Shown piece after piece: positions 9,955-16,899 of a DNA stretch of 24,000 nucleotides (positions within the stretch are counted from its first letter, which is position 1; every line of letters begins with the position of its first letter). Below the pieces are notes generated by a model, which was given only the letters and a program-made list of their open reading frames with translations, was not told the DNA's origin and searched no databases. The DNA lies in contig CAWIAT010000009.1 in the NCBI GenBank assembly GCA_963834225.1, forward strand, positions 450,992 through 474,991, given 5' to 3'. Both the position numbers and the translations under genes were made by a program. This DNA is from an uncultured Actinomycetota bacterium (lineage in GTDB: Bacteria; Actinomycetota; Actinomycetes; Actinomycetales; Dermatophilaceae).

Positions 9955-10599
9955 ATGTGGCCCATGGACACCCCCAACGCCCCGTCGCCCACGCGCTGGT
10001 CTGCGCTCCAGAGCGGACCCGAGGCGGCCGCCGCCTACCGGCGCCGCTTCCTCGACCTCGAACGCGCCGGTGAGGACCTCCACGGCGAGGCCCGTTTCGT
10101 CACCGAGCTCGCCCCGCCCCCCTCGCGCGTCCTCGACGCCGGGTGCGGCTTCGGCCGCGTCGCCTCTGAGCTGACCCGGCTGGGGCACACCGCGATCGGC
10201 GTCGACGCCGACGCCGACCTCGTGGCCATCGCGCGCTCCGAGGACGTCGACACCCGCTTCGTCGTCGCCGACCTGTCGCGGATGGACCTGCGGACCGAGC
10301 AGGAGTTCCACTGTGTCGTCATGGCCGGCAACGTCGTGCCCTACCTCGCCGACGGGACCCTGGGCGCGACCCTGGAGCGGCTCGCCGCCCACCTCGCGCC
10401 GCACGGCCACCTCGTCTCGGGGTTCGCCCTCGGCGGGTCGCTCCCCCGGGCCGCGGCCGCGGTCGACCTGCGGTCCTACGACCGGCTCGCCGACGCGGCC
10501 GGGCTGTCCTTCATCGGGCGCTGGTCGACGTGGGACAAGCAGCCGTTCGCCGAGGGCGGCGACTACGCCGTCTCGGTGCACCGGCGCCGCGCCGGCTGA
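9955..10599 (+). CDS. Class I SAM-dependent methyltransferase
   Basis: MWPMDTP...RVLDAGCGFGRVASELTRLGHTAIGVDADADLVAIAR contains motif I (DxGCGxG) and an acidic post-I residue. An alternative start is the ATG at 9964. It is the in-frame tail of the 8671-10599 ORF. Confidence 0.8.
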   Translation: MWPMDTPNAPSPTRWSALQSGPEAAAAYRRRFLDLERAGEDLHGEARFVTELAPPPSRVLDAGCGFGRVASELTRLGHTAIGVDADADLVAIARSEDVDTRFVVADLSRMDLRTEQEFHCVVMAGNVVPYLADGTLGATLERLAAHLAPHGHLVSGFALGGSLPRAAAAVDLRSYDRLADAAGLSFIGRWSTWDKQPFAEGGDYAVSVHRRRAG

Positions 10600-10616
10600 C
10601 CCTCGCCCCGGGCACG

Positions 10617-10699
10617 TTTCCCGCCGGATCCCGGAAGTGGGAGGTTCGCCCCACAAAGGAAGCCCTGTGAACCTGGGGCTTCCGGGATGCGGCGGGAAA
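10617..10699. repeat. Long imperfect inverted repeat (21-nt arms, 1 mismatch) with nested small hairpins between convergent genes
   Basis: The left arm TTTCCCGCCGGATCCCGGAAG (10617-10637) pairs with the right arm CTTCCGGGATGCGGCGGGAAA (10679-10699). The interior holds GTGGG-N8-CCCAC and an alternative 8-bp hairpin, GGAAGCCC-N10-GGGCTTCC (10658-10683), that competes for the right arm. Confidence 0.5.
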
Positions 10700-10723
10700 G
10701 GTGCGCATGGTGCGGGGTGGGAG

Positions 10724-10930
10724 TCAGTCTTCCTGCGACTCGGGGTCCCAGCTGCTGCCGGAGGCCCACTCCTTGTCCTCGCGGTCCCACTTCTCGGTGT
10801 TCTCGCGGGCCGAATGGAGCGCGTTCGCCGCGGCCTCCTCGCTGTCGTACGGACCCATGACGTTGGCGTCCTGGCTGCGGTCGTCGTCGGTCTCGACCTG
10901 GCCGGAGTCGACGTTGTACCAGTAGGGCAT
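10724..10930 (-). CDS. Small acidic conserved actinobacterial protein (68 aa), function unknown
   Basis: The sequence is MPYWYNVDSGQVETDDDRSQDANVMGPYDSEEAAANALHSARENTEKWDREDKEW.... A strong SD (GAGGAGGAA) lies just upstream of the ATG at 10930. The W/FYxVxTGxVE...GPY/F.S.EEA..AL pattern resembles small proteins seen in other actinobacteria, sometimes annotated SPOR-like. The upstream part of the 104-aa ORF looks non-coding. Confidence 0.6.
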   Translation of the reverse strand: MPYWYNVDSGQVETDDDRSQDANVMGPYDSEEAAANALHSARENTEKWDREDKEWASGSSWDPESQED

Positions 10931-10977
10931 CGGTTCCTCCTCGAATCGGGTGCTGCGGTCGTGCCTAGACTCACCGT

Positions 10978-11850
10978 ATGCCGTTGACGTACGCCTCCGT
11001 CGCCCCAGGGACGGTCTCTCCGCGCAGACCCGTCCCACCGAGCATCGAGCGACCCGAGTACGTCGACCGGCCGAGCCCTGCCCGCTACACCGGCCCCGAG
11101 GTCAAGGACGCCGAGACGATCGAGCGGATGCGCGTCGCCGGCCGGATCGCGGCCAACGCGATGGCCGCGGCGGCCGCCGTCATCGAGCCGGGCGTCACGA
11201 CCGACGAGATCGACCGGGTCGGCCACGAGTACCTGCTCGACCACGGCGCCTACCCCTCGACGCTGGGCTACAAGGCGTTCCCGAAGTCGCTGTGCACCTC
11301 GGTCAACGAGGTCGTGTGCCACGGCATCCCCGACGACCGGCGCCTCGAGGACGGCGACATCGTCAACATCGACATCACCGCGTTCATCGGGGGCGTCCAC
11401 GGCGACACCGACGCCACCTACCTCGTCGGCGAGGTCGACGAGGAGTCGCGCCTGCTGGTCGAGCGGACCGAGGAGGCGATGATGCGCGGCATCCGCGCCG
11501 CGCGCCCGGGCCGCGAGATCAACGTCGTCGGCCGGGTCATCGAGAGCTACGCCAAGCGGTTCGGCTACGGCGTCGTGCGCGACTTCACCGGGCACGGGAT
11601 CGGCACGGCGTTCCACAGCGGCCTCATCGTCCCGCACTACGACGCGGCGCCGCGGTACGACACCATCATCGAGGCGGGCATGACCTTCACGGTCGAGCCG
11701 ATGCTCAACCTCGGCACGCACGAGTGGGACATGTGGGACGACCGGTGGACGGTCGTCACGAAGGACCGGCGCCGGTCGGCACAGTTCGAGCACACCATCC
11801 TGGTCACCGACCACGGACCCGAGATCCTCACCCAGGGAGACGCAGCATGA
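10978..11850 (+). CDS. map: Methionine aminopeptidase, type Ic (with N-terminal PxxP extension)
   Basis: The 290 aa closely parallel M. tuberculosis MetAP1c: ...[16 protein letters not shown]..., [37 protein letters not shown] and [10 protein letters not shown]. Confidence 0.95.
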   Translation: MPLTYASVAPGTVSPRRPVPPSIERPEYVDRPSPARYTGPEVKDAETIERMRVAGRIAANAMAAAAAVIEPGVTTDEIDRVGHEYLLDHGAYPSTLGYKAFPKSLCTSVNEVVCHGIPDDRRLEDGDIVNIDITAFIGGVHGDTDATYLVGEVDEESRLLVERTEEAMMRGIRAARPGREINVVGRVIESYAKRFGYGVVRDFTGHGIGTAFHSGLIVPHYDAAPRYDTIIEAGMTFTVEPMLNLGTHEWDMWDDRWTVVTKDRRRSAQFEHTILVTDHGPEILTQGDAA

Positions 11851-12626
11851 GCACCGGACACCCCCTCGGCATCGACGTCGGCGGCAGTGGCATCAAGGGC
11901 GCACCCGTCGACCTCGACAAGGGCGAGTTCGCCCGGAAGCGGCTGCGCATCGACACCCCTGACGTCTCGACCCCCGAGGCCGTCTGCGACGTCATCGCGC
12001 AGGTCGTCGACCACTTCGACGAGGTCCGCAGCGACTCCCCCATCGGGGTGACGATCCCCGGCGTCGTCCAGCACGGTGTCGTCAAGACCGCGGCGAACAT
12101 CGACAAGTCCTGGGTCGGCTGCGAGATCGAGAAGCTCCTCGAGGACCGCCTCCAGCACGACGTCGTCGTCGTCAACGACGCCGATGCCGCGGGGGTCGGC
12201 GAGCTGCACTTCGGTGCGGCGAAGGGCCACGAGGGCCTGGTCATCCTCACGACCCTCGGCACCGGTATCGGCACGGCCATCTTCAACCGCGGTGTGCTCG
12301 TGCCGAACTCGGAGCTCGGGCACCTCGAGATCGACGGCGTCGACGCCGAGACCATCGCCGCGTCGTCGGCGAAGACCCGTGAGGAGCTCACCTACCCGCA
12401 GTGGGCCGAGCGGCTCCAGCAGTACTACCGGCGCCTCGAGGACCTCCTGTGGCCCGACCTCATCGTCGTCGGCGGCGGGGTGTCCAAGGACGCCGACCAG
12501 TTCCTGCCGCTCCTCGACCTCCGCACGAAGATCATCCCGGCGACGCTGAAGAACAAGGCGGGCATCATCGGCGCCGCCGTCCTCGCGACCGGCGTGCAGA
12601 ACGAGCGCGGGCGCCACACCACCTGA
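11847..12626 (+). CDS. ppgK: Polyphosphate glucokinase (ROK family)
   Basis: The sequence reads [23 protein letters not shown]..., [21 protein letters not shown] and ELGHLEIDG. The ATG overlaps the map stop (ATGA). The product is 259 aa. Confidence 0.9.
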   Translation: MSTGHPLGIDVGGSGIKGAPVDLDKGEFARKRLRIDTPDVSTPEAVCDVIAQVVDHFDEVRSDSPIGVTIPGVVQHGVVKTAANIDKSWVGCEIEKLLEDRLQHDVVVVNDADAAGVGELHFGAAKGHEGLVILTTLGTGIGTAIFNRGVLVPNSELGHLEIDGVDAETIAASSAKTREELTYPQWAERLQQYYRRLEDLLWPDLIVVGGGVSKDADQFLPLLDLRTKIIPATLKNKAGIIGAAVLATGVQNERGRHTT

Positions 12627-12649
12627 CCGGCGGCCGCCCGCCCGACGCG

Positions 12650-13309
12650 CTACTCCCCTGCGCGGAACTCGGTCGCGCCCTGCCCAGCCAGGTCGTGCAC
12701 CCGCGTGTCGGGCGACCCGAGCTGCCCCGCCTGGCCGAGGTAGAGCCCTCGACCGCGCGCCTGGAGCAGCCCGTCGTGCACCGGCACCGCGTGCGGTGAA
12801 CCGAACCGGCGCAGGAACGCCGTCATGTCGCGGCTGCGCTGCCACGGAGCCTGGAGCGGGAACGCGAGCACGTCGATGTCACCCGGCTCGGCGTCGAGGG
12901 CGTCGCCCGGGTGGAAGAACGACGGCTCGCCGTCGGCGTCGAGGCGCACCCCGACGTTGCTGATCCGCGGGATGTCGTCGTGGATGAGGGCGTGCTGCTC
13001 GCCGAAGGGCGTCACGGTGACGCCCCCCACCGTGCTCGCACCCCCGGCGTGCTCGCGCGCCTCGATGCCGAGCTTCGCCAGCACCTCGACGCTCTGCGGG
13101 TCGCAGAGGACGACGGCGCCCGGGTTGGCCGCGACGACCGACGGGAACCGGTCGGGGTCGAGGTGGTCGGGGTGCTGGTGGGTGACGAGGACGGCGTCGA
13201 GGTCGGTGACCCCGGAGAGGTCGTCGGAGAAGGCGCCCGGGTCGATGAGGATGCGGGTGTCGGCCATCTCCACGAGGAGGCAGGCGTGACCGAGGTGGGT
13301 GAGCAGCAT
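12650..13309 (-). CDS. MBL-fold metallo-hydrolase
   Basis: MLLTHLGHACLLVEMADTRILIDPG...VLVTHQHPDHLD carries the HxHxDH motif. The product is 219 aa from the ATG at 13309. The longer 341-aa ORF N-terminus is low-complexity and implausible. Confidence 0.85.
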   Translation of the reverse strand: MLLTHLGHACLLVEMADTRILIDPGAFSDDLSGVTDLDAVLVTHQHPDHLDPDRFPSVVAANPGAVVLCDPQSVEVLAKLGIEAREHAGGASTVGGVTVTPFGEQHALIHDDIPRISNVGVRLDADGEPSFFHPGDALDAEPGDIDVLAFPLQAPWQRSRDMTAFLRRFGSPHAVPVHDGLLQARGRGLYLGQAGQLGSPDTRVHDLAGQGATEFRAGE

Positions 13310-13394
13310 GTCCCCACCGTAGGCCGCCGAGCACGGCCGCAGCGGCCGAGGGTCCCGCCGAGGGCGAGCCGAGGTCAGGCGGCGCCGGAAGGCG

Positions 13395-14087
13395 TCAGCC
13401 GACGACCGGCTCGGCGCCGTTGCCCGAGCGGTCCCGTGCGGCGCCGGGAGGAGTCGCGCTCCTGACGGCGTCGACGGTGACCGCGGCCAGCCGCAGGTCG
13501 CGGGGCAGCACGGTCGTCGAGGGAGGGGGGGTCGGCAGTGCGTGGGCGCCCTCACCGGCGAGGAACAGCGGGACGCGCGCGCCGAGCCGCGACAGCGACG
13601 GCACCCGCGACTCGAAGGCCGAGCGCCGCACCCCCGCGAGGACGACGGCGTCGGCGCCGAGGAAGCGCACGGCATCGGCGACCGCCGTCATCGGGGTGTT
13701 GGCGCCGAGGCTGACGACGCGCCACCACCGGGCGTGGAGCATCGCGCCGAAGAGCTCGAGCGGCAGGTCGTGCAGCTCGCGCGGAGGGCAGGCGAGGACG
13801 ACGGTGCGCACCTGGCCGCCCTGGACGGGCATTCGCAGCTCGCCGAGGACGCCACGGAAGGCGCTGGAGACGAAGTGCTCGTGGAGCACCCCCAGCTCGC
13901 CGCTCTCCCAGCCGTCCCCGACCTCCTTGAGCACCGGCATGATGACGCGGGTCACGGTGTCGTCGACACCGGAGACGAGGAGGGACTGGAGCAGGGCGTC
14001 GCGCACCGTCCCGCCGTCGAGGTCGCGGACCGCGGCCATGACCGTCGCGCGCGCGTCGGCGGGGCCGAAGTGCGGCGACTCGCTCAT
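13395..14087 (-). CDS. Stand-alone cobalamin-binding photoreceptor-like protein (CarH/LitR C-terminal module, no HTH domain)
   Basis: The 230 aa from MSESPHFG align by eye to the T. thermophilus CarH light-sensing module. IMPVLKEVGDGWESGELGVLHEHFVSSAF contains the Wx9EH AdoCbl motif. VVLACPPRELHDLPLELFGAML...GADAVVLAGV corresponds to the ExHxxG-type lower-ligand His region and Rossmann B12-binding domain. No MerR-type HTH occurs upstream in any frame. An alternative start is at 14171. Confidence 0.8.
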   Translation of the reverse strand: MSESPHFGPADARATVMAAVRDLDGGTVRDALLQSLLVSGVDDTVTRVIMPVLKEVGDGWESGELGVLHEHFVSSAFRGVLGELRMPVQGGQVRTVVLACPPRELHDLPLELFGAMLHARWWRVVSLGANTPMTAVADAVRFLGADAVVLAGVRRSAFESRVPSLSRLGARVPLFLAGEGAHALPTPPPSTTVLPRDLRLAAVTVDAVRSATPPGAARDRSGNGAEPVVG

Positions 14088-14559
14088 CGGCGTCCCGCGA
14101 TCTGGCTGGGTTCCACGCCTGAACGGTACGGCACGAACACCCCCCTGAACGCTTGTCGCCGTCCGGGTCATCGCAGGTCAGGGCCCCCGACAGCGCCTCG
14201 ACACGGGGGTCCGGGCTCGTCCACTCGGCCGAAGGGGGCCGCCGTTCGGACGATCTGCGGGGAAAAAGTCGCCGTTCTCGCCCGCCGAGGTGGAACAGTC
14301 CTCCTCAGGTCGACCGACGGACCCCCTGCACCGGACGTCGACCACCGACCGGCACCAGTCCGGTCAAGGACCCCGGTGCGCCGGAGTCGCCGCGTTCCCC
14401 CTGCCCGCGGCGACACCAAACCGACGCACCGGGGTCGACCGCTGTCCGGGCCCGGGGCGAGGACCAGCGAGCGGCCGCTGCATCACCATCACGCTCGACA
14501 GGTGAGCGCCCAGACTTCCCCCTGGCGCGGGCGGTCGGCGGGTCGCCCATACTGACCGG

Positions 14560-15357
14560 ATGACGAGCAACGAGCATCCCCTCCGCACGTCGCTGGACGC
14601 CGCTTCGGGGGTCGACGAGGCCCGGCTGGTCGACGTCAGGCGGTGGAACCTGGGTCTGACGGTGCTCCACGCCGTTCAGGCGCTCGCCGTGCTGGTCCTC
14701 GCCTCGGACTTCGCCATCGACGTGTCCACGGCCTTCCCCGAGGGCCCGCCCGGCAGCCGTGTCCCACAACCCTCGGTTGCCTTCAGCGTGCCCATCGGCG
14801 TGGCCGTCGCCGCCTTCCTGGCGCTGGCTGCCCTCGACCACGGCGTGACGGCCACGGTGCTCCGCTCCCGTTACGAGGGCGACCTGACGGCCGGGATCAA
14901 CCGGTTCCGCTGGGTCGAGTACTCGTTCAGCGCCACGATCATGATCCTGCTCATCGCCTTCTACGCCGGGATCACCCAGGTTGCCGCTGCGATCACGATC
15001 ATCGGGAGCAACGTGGCGATGATCCTCTTCGGGTGGCTCCAGGAGCGCATGAACCCGCCCGGCCGCGCGTCGACCACGATGCTGCCGTTCTGGTTCGGTT
15101 GCATCGCCGGTGCCGCCCCGTGGGTCGCGATCACCCTCAACATCGTCGGGTCCGAGACGGTCCCCGGCTTCGTCTACGGCATCTTCATCTCGCTGTTCGT
15201 GTTCTTCATGTCCTTCGCCCTCAACCAGTACCTGCAGTACCGCCAAGTCGGTCCATGGCGCTCCTACGCCTTCGGGGAGAAGGTGTACCTGGTGCTGAGC
15301 CTGGGCGCGAAGTCCGCGCTCGCCTGGCAGATCTTCGCTGGATCCCTGGCTGGGTGA
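14560..15357 (+). CDS. Heliorhodopsin (inverted-topology microbial rhodopsin)
   Basis: The 265 aa show block-wise near identity to heliorhodopsin 48C12: FRWVEYSFSATIMILLIA, MILFGWLQER, LPFWFGCIAGAAPW, VPGFVYGIFISLFVFFMSFALNQYLQY and YLVLSLGAKSALAWQIFAGSL. The Schiff-base Lys (K251, codon 15310-15312), counterion Glu (E120 in RWVEYS) and the two conserved His (H37, H94) are all present. Confidence 0.9.
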   Translation: MTSNEHPLRTSLDAASGVDEARLVDVRRWNLGLTVLHAVQALAVLVLASDFAIDVSTAFPEGPPGSRVPQPSVAFSVPIGVAVAAFLALAALDHGVTATVLRSRYEGDLTAGINRFRWVEYSFSATIMILLIAFYAGITQVAAAITIIGSNVAMILFGWLQERMNPPGRASTTMLPFWFGCIAGAAPWVAITLNIVGSETVPGFVYGIFISLFVFFMSFALNQYLQYRQVGPWRSYAFGEKVYLVLSLGAKSALAWQIFAGSLAG

Positions 15358-16019
15358 GGCAGGCCGACCACGAACGGGTGAGAGGTGCGGCGCCTCCGGA
15401 CGGTGGCACCGGGCCCGGAACCACCACCCGACCCGAGGCGAGGCGAGGACGCCCTGCGCTCGTGGTCCGGTACGGCGCCCTGGTGGACGAGTCGGGCTGT
15501 AGGCCGGGTTTGGCTCAACACGGTTGGTATTGATGCCGTCCAGGACGCGCCACACGGCCGGCGGGCGAAACCGGGCCCGTGCGTGTGCCGCGAGGCCGGT
15601 GGCCGAGGGCCATAGGAGTGCGGCGCCAGTTCCCGCCGCGATCGCCCATCGGGCCGAGGTGTTGGCGCAGACGTCGGTATGGCTGTACCTCGTGTCGTGG
15701 CTGACATTCGGCCTCCTGCGCCCACGGGCCGGGTCCCCACACTCGTCGCCGGCGCTTCCTGACGGCGGCGCGAATAAGGCAAGCCAGGTCGTCCCTAGCG
15801 CCCCACGGGCGTCAGAACCCTGACCCGGCCAGGTCAGGGAGGCGGCTCGAGGAGGTCGCCTGCCCGGGACAAGGTCTCGCGGGCCTGGCGGACCGTCGCC
15901 GGTCGAGCATCGCCCCATCCGCACCCCGGACGGCACCGTCGCCACTCGCGAGCCCCGCCTGGTAGGAGGCGACGACCTGTCGGGCTGCCCACAACTCGGC
16001 GCGCGTGACGTCACGGCGC

Positions 16020-16415
16020 TGCGCCACGAGAGCACCAGGCCCGACCCGACGACGATGCCGACGAGCGCGGTCCGCGAGGGGCGCGAGCCGAGGGCAAGCC
16101 CGATCGCGAGCGCCCACAACGGCATGCTGGCAATGAGGAGGGAGGCGAGCCCGCTGTCGACGTGCTGCTGTCCCAAGGTGAGCAGGGTGCTGCCGCCCCC
16201 CACGAGGAGGAGCCCCACGAGCGCGGCCGACCGCACCTCCCTGGCGTCCGGCCAGACGCGGCGGCCGAGCAGGGCGGCGCCACGAGGATGAGGGTGCCGG
16301 CCGTGAGGAAGCGTGAGCTCGTGAGCAGCATCGGGGGCAGGGACTCCAGCGCCACCTTGTTGCCGACGTACGTCCCGCCCCACAGGAGGTAGACCCCCAT
16401 GAGCGCGAGCGCCAC
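16020..16415 (-). pseudogene. EamA/DMT-family transporter remnant (frameshifted, 3' half missing)
   Basis: From the GTG at about 16415, the first frame reads VALALMGVYLLWGGTYVGNKVALESLPPMLLTSSRFLTAGTLILVA. At about 16275-16285 the reading switches to another frame: ALLGRRVWPDAREVRSAALVGLLLVGGGSTLLTLGQQHVDSGLASLLIASMPLWALAIGLALGSRPSRTALVGIVVGSGLVLSW. Only about 135 aa (one 5-TM EamA repeat) are recognisable, and similarity ends near 16020. Confidence 0.65.
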
Positions 16416-16467
16416 TGCCCCACCCCGCGCCGAGGGGTGCGGGGTCAGGTGGGTGGCATTCGTCGTC

Positions 16468-16899
16468 TCAGGCACGGCCCACCACGGTGGTCTCGACACG
16501 GACGTTGCCGCGGGTCGCCTTCGAGTAGGGGCACATCGTGTCCGCGAGGGCGACGAGCTCCTCGAGGACGGCCTGGTCGCACTCTGGCGCCGTGACGGTG
16601 AGGACGACCGAGATCGAGTATTGGTTGTCCGGGGTCGCATGGAGCGACACGGCGCCGGTCGTCGTCGACTGCCCGAGCGACACGCTTCGGCGCCGAGCCG
16701 CACCCGCGAGGGCGCTGTCGAAGCACGCGGCATAACCCGCCGCGAAGAGCTCCTCCGGATCGGTGCCGCCTGCGGTGCCGCGCTGGGCGGGGCGGGAGAG
16801 CGAGAGGTCCAGCGAGCCGGACTCGGAGACCGCACGACCGCCCCGTCCCCCAGAGACGGACACGACCGCGGTGTACAGCGTCGTCGTGTCGGTGCTCAT
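16468..16899 (-). CDS. ohr: Organic hydroperoxide resistance protein (OsmC/Ohr family)
   Basis: The 143 aa include GGTDPEELFAAGYAACFDSAL and the C-terminal TMCPYSKATRGNV, the two conserved Cys contexts of Ohr. The ATG overlaps the upstream gene's stop (ATGA). Confidence 0.9.
   Translation of the reverse strand: MSTDTTTLYTAVVSVSGGRGGRAVSESGSLDLSLSRPAQRGTAGGTDPEELFAAGYAACFDSALAGAARRRSVSLGQSTTTGAVSLHATPDNQYSISVVLTVTAPECDQAVLEELVALADTMCPYSKATRGNVRVETTVVGRA

Noticed and set aside
10638-10655. tRNA-like T-arm (GTGGG-AGGTTCGC-CCCAC), possibly marking an att site
   Set aside because: The loop is 8 nt and lacks the TTCRANY pattern. There is no adjacent acceptor/anticodon arm architecture, so it is better explained as part of the larger inverted repeat.
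9862-11814. 650-aa minus-strand ORF
   Set aside because: It is an antisense shadow of the methyltransferase and map genes. Only the separate small ORF 10724-10930 on that strand looks real.
13334-13348. Palindrome CGGCCGC-A-GCGGCCG between the B12-sensor gene and the MBL hydrolase gene, as a possible terminator
   Set aside because: It is too short, with an essentially zero-length loop. It cannot be distinguished from chance GC palindromes, so whether the two genes are co-transcribed is left open.
14088-14559. Second cobalamin riboswitch or other riboswitch in the long heliorhodopsin/B12-sensor intergenic region
   Set aside because: I scanned both strands for the GGTG..AGGGAA..GCCACTG..B12-box pattern seen at 308-482 and did not find it. 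Only short GC hairpins are present, so no RNA element can be supported without a covariance search.
14305-16383. 692-aa minus-strand ORF spanning the heliorhodopsin region
   Set aside because: It is mostly antisense to the heliorhodopsin and to non-coding DNA. Only its first roughly 90 residues (about 16020-16290) are meaningful, as the second frame of the EamA remnant.
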